Source: an uncultured Anaeromyxobacteraceae bacterium (GTDB taxonomy: Bacteria > Myxococcota_A > UBA9042 > DTJE01). From it: a stretch of DNA of 64,000 nucleotides. Positions 29,996 through 38,805 of the stretch are shown here, piece by piece; positions within the stretch are counted from its first letter, which is position 1, and every line of letters begins with the position of its first letter. The stretch lies in NCBI GenBank assembly GCA_964470365.1, contig CAYYCO010000007.1, forward strand, positions 207 to 64,206, written 5' to 3'. Below the pieces are notes generated by a model, which saw only the letters and a program-made list of their open reading frames with translations, was not told the origin of the DNA and did not search any database. The position numbers and the translations under genes are program-made.

Positions 29996-30895
29996 ATGCG
30001 CACGAAAAACAGACATATCATCTTTTCGACCCCGATCGCCGTTCTGATGCTCGCCACATTCACCACCGCCACCCCGGCGGCCGCACAGGACGCGCCCTCC
30101 GACGCCGCGGTGCCGATAATCCCGCATGACGACCTCGGGCGCGGCGATATCCGTTCGGAAACGCTGGCAGCGGCCATCCGGCTCAAGGGGATGACGAACG
30201 CGTTCGAACCTGATGGTTTTATTGCACATATCCTCTATGTGACGGGCATCGTCGAAAAGGGGCTGTTCCCGGCTCGCGGCTGGGCGCCGGCCCTGACCCG
30301 CAGGCTCAAGAAGGCCGGCCTGATCAGGACGAAAGCAGTTCCCGCCCGCGGCGACCTCGTGTTCTTCAGTCTGTCGCCATCGGCGCCCCACTCCGCGAAG
30401 GCGTCGAAAGTGTCCGTCGGCGTGGTTGAACGGGTCAGGAAGGGAAGCATCGACTTCGTGGCTGCCGGGTCCGGCAGGGTGATACGCGGCACTTTGAAAA
30501 CCGGCAAGGGCAAAGTGTCCGAAACAAAACTGACTTCGTGTACGGTCAAGACCGGCAAGGCGGGGAAGGCTGTCGTCGAAAAATCCGGCGGAAAATCGAA
30601 AAAGGGAAAACAGAACGACAAGTCGAACGCAAAATCGAAAAAGTCGGCGACGAAATCAAAGAAGGCATCCTCAAAATCGCAGGCGCAGCCGGTCAGGACG
30701 AAACAGGTTCCCTGCCGCGCGTCGGAACTGCTGATCGGGTTCGCCTCAATCGAGGACGTGGCGATCGAATTGAACGTCACGCCGCCCAGCCCGCCCGCCG
30801 CGCCGCCTGATGATCAGGCCGCGGATCCTGCTGCCGCGGATCCCGGGGACACGCCCGATGCGGCGGCGGTCGATGCCAGCGAAGTCGTGCAGTGA
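29996..30895 (+). CDS. Secreted Lys-rich hypothetical protein
   Basis: Signal peptide MRTKNRHIIFSTPIAVLMLATFTTATPAAAQ. The central tail is very Lys/Ser-rich (KSGGKSKKGKQNDKSNAKSKKSATKSKKASSKSQ). A weak NlpC/P60-like ARGDLVFF motif is present but no catalytic Cys was found. Confidence 0.45.
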   Translation: MRTKNRHIIFSTPIAVLMLATFTTATPAAAQDAPSDAAVPIIPHDDLGRGDIRSETLAAAIRLKGMTNAFEPDGFIAHILYVTGIVEKGLFPARGWAPALTRRLKKAGLIRTKAVPARGDLVFFSLSPSAPHSAKASKVSVGVVERVRKGSIDFVAAGSGRVIRGTLKTGKGKVSETKLTSCTVKTGKAGKAVVEKSGGKSKKGKQNDKSNAKSKKSATKSKKASSKSQAQPVRTKQVPCRASELLIGFASIEDVAIELNVTPPSPPAAPPDDQAADPAAADPGDTPDAAAVDASEVVQ

Positions 30896-30902
30896 AGACC
30901 GA

Positions 30903-32849
30903 TCAAAGAATCGTTACCAGGTTACGCGGCAGTTCCGACAAAAACACCGAGGGCCTGCTGGATTCCACGAACCCGCGCGACATCCTTGTACGTGCGTACG
31001 AAAGATAGAGGACGTCCCGGGCACGCGTCATCGCGACGTACATCAGGCGCCGCTCCTCGTCCAGTGCATCGCGTTCCGCCACCGGATCGGCCCCGGGGAC
31101 CGCCAGTTTTTCCCTGCGTGACTGAAGCGGAAACAGCCCCTGTTCAAGGCCGGAAACGAACACGCAGTCGAATTCAAGGCCCTTCGCCGCATGGACCGTC
31201 ATCAGGTTCACGGCGTCGCCATCAGGCACGTCGTCCATCGGCTGGACCAGCGCCACGCGGTCCAGGAACGCCGCCAGCGCCGTTTCGCCCGTCAGGTTGA
31301 TGAATTCCTGCACGGAACTGACCAGCTCGTCGATGTTTTCCAGACGGCCCTGCGCCTCCTCCGTATCATCGGATTCGAACATGGCGCGGTAACCGGTGTC
31401 GGCAATCACCTTTTCGACAACGGCCCTCGCATCGTGATCCCGGGCGAAAAGGGCGAGGCCGCAGATCATGTCAACGAACCCGCGGATACGCGACTGGATC
31501 GCCTTGCCCGATTCGTCGCCGACAGCGGCAAGCGCCTCGAGCATGGGAATCCCGGCATGGTCGGACCGTTCGCGAACCTTGTCCATCGTGGCCTTGCCGA
31601 TGCCGCGGGCAGGCACGTTGACGACGCGTTCGAGGCTGACCGAATCGAGCGGGTTGACCAGCAACCGCAGGTACGCAATGACATCCTTGACTTCCGCGCG
31701 CTGGTAGAACCGCATTCCGCCGATCACGCGGTATGGCACCTGCAGCCGCCGGAGCTGATCCTCGAAAACGCGGGACTGCGCGTTCGTCCTGTAAAACACT
31801 GCCATGGACGAATACGGGATCCCGCGCCGGTGCCTTGACCTGATTTCGCCCACCGCGAAAGTCGCCTCGCCGGTTTCGTTCAGGGACCGGTGAACATAGA
31901 CATTTTCGCCAGGGCCGCGCACGGCGGAAAGCGCCTTCGGATAACGCGCCCGGTTGAAAGCGATGACCCTGGTCGCGGCCGACAGGATCGGTTCTATTGA
32001 CCGGTAATTGCGCCCCAGGACGATTTTTACCGCGTCGGGAAAGTCATCCGCGAATTCAAGGATGTTCGCCACGCGCGCGCCGCGCCACGAATAGATCGAC
32101 TGATCGTCGTCCCCGACCACGCAGATGTTCGGGTTCGGCCTGCACAGAAGGCGCAGGAACCTGTACTGCGCCAGGTTGGTGTCCTGGAATTCGTCCACGA
32201 TGATGTGCCCGAAAGCCCCCTGGAGTTGTTCGCGCACGTCCGGGTTTTCGTCCAGCAGGCGCAGCGCCTGGACAAGCAGGTCGCCGAAATCCATCGCGCC
32301 CGCCTTCATGAGCGCCCGCTGGTACCGCTTGAACGCGTCGGCCGCCACCGCCTCGTAGTTGGATCGCGGTTCCGGCGCGTCGATGTATCCGTCGTTTTTC
32401 AACCTGTCGGCAAAGGACGTGAACCGACGAACCTGTTCGCGCGGGATCGACATTTCGTCCAGCACCTGCTTCATCAGGCGTTCGGAGTCGTCGTCGTCGT
32501 ACACCACGAAATCGGCCGGAAAACCGAGCCGCGCATGATTGATCCGCAGAAGGCGCAGGCAGACCGAATGAAAGGTCCCCATCCACGCGGGTGCCCCGCC
32601 GCCATCGAGCAGCTGCCGCACGCGTTCACGCATTTCGCCGGCGGCCTTGTTGGTGAAGGTAACGGCCAGTATCGACGACGGGTGCACCGCACGTTCGCGG
32701 ACAAGCCATGCGATCCGGTGGGTTATGGTCCTGGTCTTTCCGGAACCGGCGCCCGCGAGGATAAGCAGCGGACCGGTTTCGTGTGTCGCGGCCGCGTACT
32801 GGTCATCGTTCAGGCCGGACAGGATGCCCCTGTTCTGCACGTCTTCCAT
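30903..32849 (-). CDS. uvrD: ATP-dependent DNA helicase UvrD/PcrA
   Basis: 648 aa. SF1 motifs GAGSGKTRT, VTFTNKAA, VDEFQDTN, VVGDDDQSIYSWRGA and YRS are present, with a conserved C-terminal region. Confidence 0.9.
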   Translation of the reverse strand: MEDVQNRGILSGLNDDQYAAATHETGPLLILAGAGSGKTRTITHRIAWLVRERAVHPSSILAVTFTNKAAGEMRERVRQLLDGGGAPAWMGTFHSVCLRLLRINHARLGFPADFVVYDDDDSERLMKQVLDEMSIPREQVRRFTSFADRLKNDGYIDAPEPRSNYEAVAADAFKRYQRALMKAGAMDFGDLLVQALRLLDENPDVREQLQGAFGHIIVDEFQDTNLAQYRFLRLLCRPNPNICVVGDDDQSIYSWRGARVANILEFADDFPDAVKIVLGRNYRSIEPILSAATRVIAFNRARYPKALSAVRGPGENVYVHRSLNETGEATFAVGEIRSRHRRGIPYSSMAVFYRTNAQSRVFEDQLRRLQVPYRVIGGMRFYQRAEVKDVIAYLRLLVNPLDSVSLERVVNVPARGIGKATMDKVRERSDHAGIPMLEALAAVGDESGKAIQSRIRGFVDMICGLALFARDHDARAVVEKVIADTGYRAMFESDDTEEAQGRLENIDELVSSVQEFINLTGETALAAFLDRVALVQPMDDVPDGDAVNLMTVHAAKGLEFDCVFVSGLEQGLFPLQSRREKLAVPGADPVAERDALDEERRLMYVAMTRARDVLYLSYARTRMSRGFVESSRPSVFLSELPRNLVTIL

Positions 32850-32910
32850 AAATAATCCAGAACCTTTGGAGGGAGGCGCGAAGTCGGCCGGCCCCGGGGT
32901 TCGACCGCCT

Positions 32911-33510
32911 TCAGTTGACGGGAACGGTTATGATTCCGCCGGACACGCGCGCCGGCTCGCAGGAAATAACGTCGGCCGCCTCCTTGAAGCCGCCGGCCTT
33001 GGACCAGCGCAGGACCAGCGTGCGCGTCGCGATCTTCACCGGGTCGCCGGGAGCCTGCCGCGGCACGATACCGGTCAGGACGAGCCCGCCCGGTGCCTTG
33101 CCCTTCATCATCACTTCCCACTTCATCCCGAAGAAGGTCCTGGTGCTGGTGCTGGGCTCGATCGCGTCCTCGATCGCGTCGAAGGCGAACGAATCGAATT
33201 CGATCCTGTCGCCGTCGAGGATGTACAGCCTGTTGATCGTGGCCAGCGCATCGGTTTCGGATTCCGGGAGGCGCAGCGACAGCAGGACGGCGGTCCAGCC
33301 GGGACCGAACCCCGTTAGTTCAACCTGTTCAATGACTTCGTAACCGCGCATCTTCAAGGATTTCTTGTTGATGACCGCACGGTTGTCACAGACCGGCGCA
33401 CCCGCCTGTTCCAGTGCCGGCGTTGTCCCATCGCCCGCCGCCTGTGCGAAGGCCACATTCGCGCCAAGCACCACCGCCAGCAGAACGAAAACCGAAAGCA
33501 GCCTGTTCAT
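32911..33510 (-). CDS. Secreted hypothetical protein
   Basis: 199 aa. Signal peptide MNRLLSVFVLLAVVLGANVAFAQA. No motif recognised. Confidence 0.45.
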   Translation of the reverse strand: MNRLLSVFVLLAVVLGANVAFAQAAGDGTTPALEQAGAPVCDNRAVINKKSLKMRGYEVIEQVELTGFGPGWTAVLLSLRLPESETDALATINRLYILDGDRIEFDSFAFDAIEDAIEPSTSTRTFFGMKWEVMMKGKAPGGLVLTGIVPRQAPGDPVKIATRTLVLRWSKAGGFKEAADVISCEPARVSGGIITVPVN

Positions 33511-33689
33511 CAGAGTTTCCCCAATGACGTTAAAGCCAATGCAGTGTCTAAATTCCGGCTTCGTATTTCAACATACGGCAACGAAGCAGTCAATGCGTGT
33601 ACCGGGGGGCAAAGGCCCCGCGCCGGCACTCTTGACCGTCATGGGATGGTCGATTAGAGTAAGGCGCCCGTTAACCAGGCGATGAATCG

Positions 33690-35693
33690 ATGATGATCGG
33701 TCAATCAGGCTTCATAACCGGAAATACGCGTTTCCTGCGGCTGCCGCTGCTCCTTGCGATGGTCCTGGCTGCCGCGCCCGGTTATGCGCAGACGGGTGGT
33801 GACGTCGCTGATCCGGCACCGGCGACCGCCGCACCCGGCGATTCCGGTTCAATGGGATTCACGCGGCTGGAAAAGCCGGCCCCGCTGGCGACCGATTTGC
33901 TCCAGGAGGCCTCTGAACCGGCCGAAACGCCCGCCCAGCCGGCTGAACCCGTCGCCGATGAATCGCCCGCTGCCAGCGGCCAGAACGACGCGGTTAAGAC
34001 ACTCGACCAGGAACGCATCCGCGACGAGGCGGCCGATTCCCGCCGCAACACGCCGATTCACCCGACGGGCTACCCCTGGATCGAAAATAACGGATATTTC
34101 CGCCTGCGGCTGGACGGTTTCCACCGCCCGGGCCTGGGGACCACCGCATACATCGATCAGACGCAGACGACCGTCAACTCGTCGGCATTCCCCGGAACCA
34201 TAACGGCCAACTACGCGAACAAGGGCAATTTCGAAAACGAAAACTGGGTCAGCAGCGCCAACATGCGCCTGCGCTGGTCGCCGACCATCCACGTGATGAA
34301 AAACCTCGCTGTGGTCGCGCAGGTCGACGTACTCGACAACCTCATCCTCGGTTCGACCCCGGATTTCGATGCCGACCGCCCCGATTCGCCCCTGCCGCTT
34401 TTCGCAAGGTCCCAGGTACCGGCCGAAGACTCCATCCGCGTCAAGCAGGCCTATATGGTCTGGAGTCCCTTCAATCCCGACAACAACAGGGACTTCCTGC
34501 TGTCGCTGTCGGGCGGCCGCATGGCCCGCCACTGGGGCCTCGGCATGATGGAAAACGACGGGGCCGACATCGACGCCGACTGGGGCACTTACGTTGACCG
34601 CGTCAACGTCCTCCTGCGGTACTGGAACGTGTTCATGGAACTCGGTTTCGGCTGGGCCTCGACCGGCGCCACATCGGCCACGGCCGTGCAGACATTCGGC
34701 CAGCCGTACGACCTGACGAACAGCGACAACGTATACGATTTCACGTTCGCGCTGTTCCAGAAACCGATGACGGAATCGGGCCGCCTCGCCCGCGCCGAAA
34801 GGCTGCTGCGCGGCAAACCGGTGGTGGACTGGGGGGTGTACCTGAAGTACCGCTGGCAGAAAAGCGACGAAAAACAGACCATGGACGACGACTATACGCT
34901 GACGTCGTCGACCGGTTTCGACGACTACGTCCTGGAAAACCGCGATGCATGGATCGTGACCCCGGACGCCTGGCTCAAACTCGAATGGAAACACAGCGCA
35001 AAGGAACTGCTGCGCATCGAATTCGAGGTCAACGCGAACTTCGGCCATATCGAAAACACGCCCCGCTTCCGCCTTGACCCGGCCACCGATCGGTGGGTCG
35101 GCGACGGCTACCAGGGCCTGGACATACTGTCATGGGCCGTCGCGTTCGAGGGCGAATACCAGTGGGGTCCGGTGAACGTCGGCCTGATGACGGGCGCGGC
35201 CAGCGGGTCCGACAGCGACTGGTGGGGATGGCTCGACAGGAACAACGTGTCGACCAACCGGGCGCTGACCGAAACGAATTCCCACTACTTCAATCCCGAT
35301 TACCATGTGGACGAACTGCTGTTCCGGCATGTCATCGGCACGGTCACGGACGCTTTCTATATAAAGCCGTGGTTCATGTATGACTTCTTCGAAAGCCGCA
35401 AGGACGCGCTGGCCGTTGGCGCCGGCATCCTGTACGGACACGCGCTCGAGGCGAAGGCGACCCCCGGCAACGACCCGCACCTGGGGCTGGAAATCGATGT
35501 CAACCTGCTCTACGAAAATGCCGGCATGTTCTATGTGGGCGTGACCTGGGCGACGCTCGTGCCGTTCGACGGTCTCGATCTCGCAACCGACTACGGATGC
35601 GCGGTGTTCGACAGCTCGGGCGGTTGCCGCTCCGAATCAATCAATTCCGAATGGGCCATGTCCATACGTGGCGTCCTCGGCGCCCGCTTCTGA
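33690..35693 (+). CDS. Putative outer-membrane beta-barrel protein
   Basis: 667 aa. Signal peptide, then an acidic Pro/Ala/Glu-rich N-region, then alternating aromatic/hydrophilic beta-strand-like sequence ending ...RGVLGARF (C-terminal Phe). Confidence 0.5.
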   Translation: MMIGQSGFITGNTRFLRLPLLLAMVLAAAPGYAQTGGDVADPAPATAAPGDSGSMGFTRLEKPAPLATDLLQEASEPAETPAQPAEPVADESPAASGQNDAVKTLDQERIRDEAADSRRNTPIHPTGYPWIENNGYFRLRLDGFHRPGLGTTAYIDQTQTTVNSSAFPGTITANYANKGNFENENWVSSANMRLRWSPTIHVMKNLAVVAQVDVLDNLILGSTPDFDADRPDSPLPLFARSQVPAEDSIRVKQAYMVWSPFNPDNNRDFLLSLSGGRMARHWGLGMMENDGADIDADWGTYVDRVNVLLRYWNVFMELGFGWASTGATSATAVQTFGQPYDLTNSDNVYDFTFALFQKPMTESGRLARAERLLRGKPVVDWGVYLKYRWQKSDEKQTMDDDYTLTSSTGFDDYVLENRDAWIVTPDAWLKLEWKHSAKELLRIEFEVNANFGHIENTPRFRLDPATDRWVGDGYQGLDILSWAVAFEGEYQWGPVNVGLMTGAASGSDSDWWGWLDRNNVSTNRALTETNSHYFNPDYHVDELLFRHVIGTVTDAFYIKPWFMYDFFESRKDALAVGAGILYGHALEAKATPGNDPHLGLEIDVNLLYENAGMFYVGVTWATLVPFDGLDLATDYGCAVFDSSGGCRSESINSEWAMSIRGVLGARF

Positions 35694-35775
35694 CAACTTT
35701 TATAACGCCTGCCAATTGTGGTACCATGCTTTCCGGGGTTCAAACGCCTTAATTGCGTTTCATCGGGGTTTGTCG

Positions 35776-36387
35776 ATGTCCGAAAGGACTTCACAACGCG
35801 GGTTCACGATGCTGGAACTTATGATGACAGTCAGTGTCATCATGGTTGCGGCCGTGATCGCCGTTCCATCCGTGATGGACGCGCTGAACCGACAGACCGC
35901 CGCCGACGCGGCCCGGGCCATCAGGGACGCTGCCGAATTCGCCAGAATCCAGGCGGCTGCGACAAACGTCGCGTACGAAATCGTCCCGACGGTCGGCGGG
36001 GGCTTGAACGACAGCGGCCGGGTCGAAATCTGGCAGGGCACCAGCGGTGCCTGCAACTACTTCCAGGCGCCCAACCCGACCACCGGCCTGTCGGCGATTC
36101 GAATCCGGGACATCGACATCACACGTGACTTTCCTTCAACCAGAATCATATCGACGGTCCCGGCGAACATGAACCTTTCGCCGATATGCTTCAAGCCGGA
36201 CGGACGCGTTTTCCAGGTGCAGGGCGATTTGACCCCTGTAATCATTCCGGCCCCGGCCGGCTCCGGATATCACGCCGGCGAGGCGGTCATCCGGGTTCAG
36301 CGGATGGACTCCGAGGGCAGTCTCGAGGGTGCGGTGCACGCGGTCAGAATCCCGTTCAACGGTTTGACGCGTACGGTCGTGGAATAG
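35776..36387 (+). CDS. fimU: Type IV pilus minor pilin (FimU/GspH-like) with prepilin N-terminal methylation motif
   Basis: Start at MSERTSQRGFTMLELMMTVSVIMVAAVIA (prepilin peptidase site G|FTMLE). First gene of the minor-pilin cluster. fimU is assigned by position and size only. Confidence 0.7.
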   Translation: MSERTSQRGFTMLELMMTVSVIMVAAVIAVPSVMDALNRQTAADAARAIRDAAEFARIQAAATNVAYEIVPTVGGGLNDSGRVEIWQGTSGACNYFQAPNPTTGLSAIRIRDIDITRDFPSTRIISTVPANMNLSPICFKPDGRVFQVQGDLTPVIIPAPAGSGYHAGEAVIRVQRMDSEGSLEGAVHAVRIPFNGLTRTVVE

Positions 36388-36397
36388 TGGTGGACCT

Positions 36398-37027
36398 TTG
36401 AAAGGACTTTTCGCCAGCAGGTTGACGCGCGGCCGGGGGTTCACCCTCGTCGAAATGATGGTCGCCATCGCCATTTCGATCGTCGGTTTCCTGGCGATCG
36501 TATACCTCCAGACCTCCCTGCTGCGCGGCACTTCAGGCGCGTGGGACATGACGTGCGCCACTACGCTCGCGCGGCACACGCTCGAAACAATCCGTATCGA
36601 GGGTATCGAATGGTACAACGACACGGGCCTGGGCGTGGGCGGGGTTCAACAGGGAAAATTCAATTACCTGCGTAACGTCGGCGCTCCGATCGCCGGCGCC
36701 GGTTCCGGGTGGCTTCGCGCGCCCTTCGCGAATGCCGCGGCGCCGTTCCAACTTACGAACCAGCTCGGCGACAACCTGGCATGGGACGACGGCGCCCTGG
36801 GCGAAATCGTGAATACAACGAACCGCAGGTTCTGCGTTCAGTACAGGCTGACCTGGGTGGTGCCCAACTTCCTGATCAGGGCGGAGGCCCGCGTGATGTG
36901 GCCCAGGCCGGAAATTACAGCCGGCACCTACGATGCCTGTCCGGCGAACATGTTCGACAATCCGACGGATATCTATTCGATTTCGATGCCCATGACGGTG
37001 ATGAAAAATGTATTCGTGTCGCCGTGA
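36398..37027 (+). CDS. pilV: Type IV pilus minor pilin PilV-like
   Basis: N-terminus RGFTLVEMMVAIAISIVGFLAIV. 209 aa. Confidence 0.7.
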   Translation: MKGLFASRLTRGRGFTLVEMMVAIAISIVGFLAIVYLQTSLLRGTSGAWDMTCATTLARHTLETIRIEGIEWYNDTGLGVGGVQQGKFNYLRNVGAPIAGAGSGWLRAPFANAAAPFQLTNQLGDNLAWDDGALGEIVNTTNRRFCVQYRLTWVVPNFLIRAEARVMWPRPEITAGTYDACPANMFDNPTDIYSISMPMTVMKNVFVSP

Positions 37028-38183
37028 CATATCGGCCCGGCAGGGCTGCCATGCCTGCCCGCGGCGCGCGGACGGCATGATCATGATCGAACTGATGGTT
37101 GCGCTGTCCGTGGCCGCCATCATTCTGATGGGCGTATACCAGATTTACACGATATCGACTGGCGCATACAGGACGCAGGACGAAGTCATCAACGCGATGA
37201 ACCAGGCCCGCTTCGGCATGGAACAACTGCGTCGCGACATCGCGATGGCCGGTTTCCAGGCGACACCGGATTCGACGGCGGACATGATGGTCTGCCCGAA
37301 ACCGGCCAACCCGATTCGGTCGGTCATCTTTGAACGCGCGGGGGCGGTCGCAAACCCTGGCGACAACGTGAACATCGCGCCCAACGGCGTCATCCTGTTC
37401 GGCGCCTACTGGAGCCCGGAAATCTATCGGACCGAAAGCGTCATCGGCAATACGGTGACTCTGCAGACCGCCGCCGACGGCGCCCCGTATCCGCTTACCT
37501 CGGAAGATTTCGACGCCATCTTCACGCCGGGACGTTACCTGCGGCTGGTGAACGCGGAACAGAACGAGGGGTATTACAGGATACAGTCATCCAGCTTCGC
37601 AACCAATACCATCCAGCTAACCGGGGCCGTCGCGCTGGCCAGCCCGCCCAGCTACTGCGGCGTGCAGGGATTCGGCGTCGGTCTGGACGCGACGGTCGCC
37701 GGTTTCATCAGGTACAGGCTGGTCGCGGATCCCGAAGACGCGACGGGAACAAAAATCGATCTGATCCGGGAAGAACTGAACCCGGTCGATCCGACACTCC
37801 AGACGCCGATGGCCAATACGGCCGTCAGGATATCGGAAAACGTCGTCGATCTGCAGTTCTACGATTTCGTCGTCGATTCGGACAGGTCGGGCCGCGCACC
37901 GCTTCTGATGAACAATCCCGACATCGGTGACGTGCTGGATGCCGGGACACAGCAGTTGAACAACACGGCAGTTGCACGCCCTCAGGACCTCCGTTTTGTG
38001 ACAGTGAAACTGACGACCAGGACCGCGCACGAGGAAGAAAACCTGCAGCACGTGCGCAGGCCCGCTTTGTTCACGCCGATCGAAACATACGAGGTTGACC
38101 CGGCAATGGCCGGTTCGGCACGGACTGTGACGCTGGCCGGCAGGGTCGGCCTGAAATCGCTTGAGGTTCGCAACGTCAAGTAG
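37008..38183 (+). CDS. pilW: Type IV pilus minor pilin PilW-like
   Basis: Prepilin-type segment ADGMIMIELMVALSVAAIILMGV. About 390 aa, typical of PilW. The exact start is uncertain and overlaps the pilV end. Confidence 0.65.
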   Translation: MYSCRRDISARQGCHACPRRADGMIMIELMVALSVAAIILMGVYQIYTISTGAYRTQDEVINAMNQARFGMEQLRRDIAMAGFQATPDSTADMMVCPKPANPIRSVIFERAGAVANPGDNVNIAPNGVILFGAYWSPEIYRTESVIGNTVTLQTAADGAPYPLTSEDFDAIFTPGRYLRLVNAEQNEGYYRIQSSSFATNTIQLTGAVALASPPSYCGVQGFGVGLDATVAGFIRYRLVADPEDATGTKIDLIREELNPVDPTLQTPMANTAVRISENVVDLQFYDFVVDSDRSGRAPLLMNNPDIGDVLDAGTQQLNNTAVARPQDLRFVTVKLTTRTAHEEENLQHVRRPALFTPIETYEVDPAMAGSARTVTLAGRVGLKSLEVRNVK

Positions 38184-38203
38184 AAACCGTTTGGGGGGGG
38201 GCC

Positions 38204-38797
38204 GTGCACCGCATTTACGGAAACGACGAACCGACCACCCGGCGCACGAACGCGCGCGGTGGCCGCGGTTACGCCCTGCTCGTGGTTCTCCTGCTGATGC
38301 TCGCCCTGACCGTAATCGGCGTCATCGCCGTCCGGACCACTGCGAACGACATCACTTTTTCGGGCGCCCAGCGCGTGACTGCCATGGCGCGCAACGTGGC
38401 ATCGTCCGGTGCACAGGCAACCATCGTTTTCGGCGCGATGAATCCCACGGGTTTCATCGACTATGTGAACGTCAACAGCGGCAATATCGCGATGAACGAT
38501 TTTCTTGCCGGTTTCTTCGACACCGCGGTCGACGGCTCCGGTTCCTTCGGCCGCGAGGTCGCAAATGTCAACAATGCCGCATGGACCAGCCGCCTGATCA
38601 ACCCTCAGACATCGGCTCGCGCGCCCGGCTATCAGCTTGGCGAACACTGTTTCATCAGGTACACGGCATTCACCGACGGCCTGTACGGCAACCAGCCGAA
38701 TATCGCCGATCCGCAGGACGTCACGCGCAATGCCGAACGCAACGCGCTCGCGCGTGACCTGACCACACTGTACGTCGGACCGGTCCCGTGTCCATGA
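38204..38797 (+). CDS. pilX: Type IV pilus minor pilin PilX-like
   Basis: N-terminus RGYALLVVLLLMLALTVIGV. 197 aa. Confidence 0.7.
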   Translation: MHRIYGNDEPTTRRTNARGGRGYALLVVLLLMLALTVIGVIAVRTTANDITFSGAQRVTAMARNVASSGAQATIVFGAMNPTGFIDYVNVNSGNIAMNDFLAGFFDTAVDGSGSFGREVANVNNAAWTSRLINPQTSARAPGYQLGEHCFIRYTAFTDGLYGNQPNIADPQDVTRNAERNALARDLTTLYVGPVPCP

Positions 38798-38805
38798 GGT
38801 GTGAA

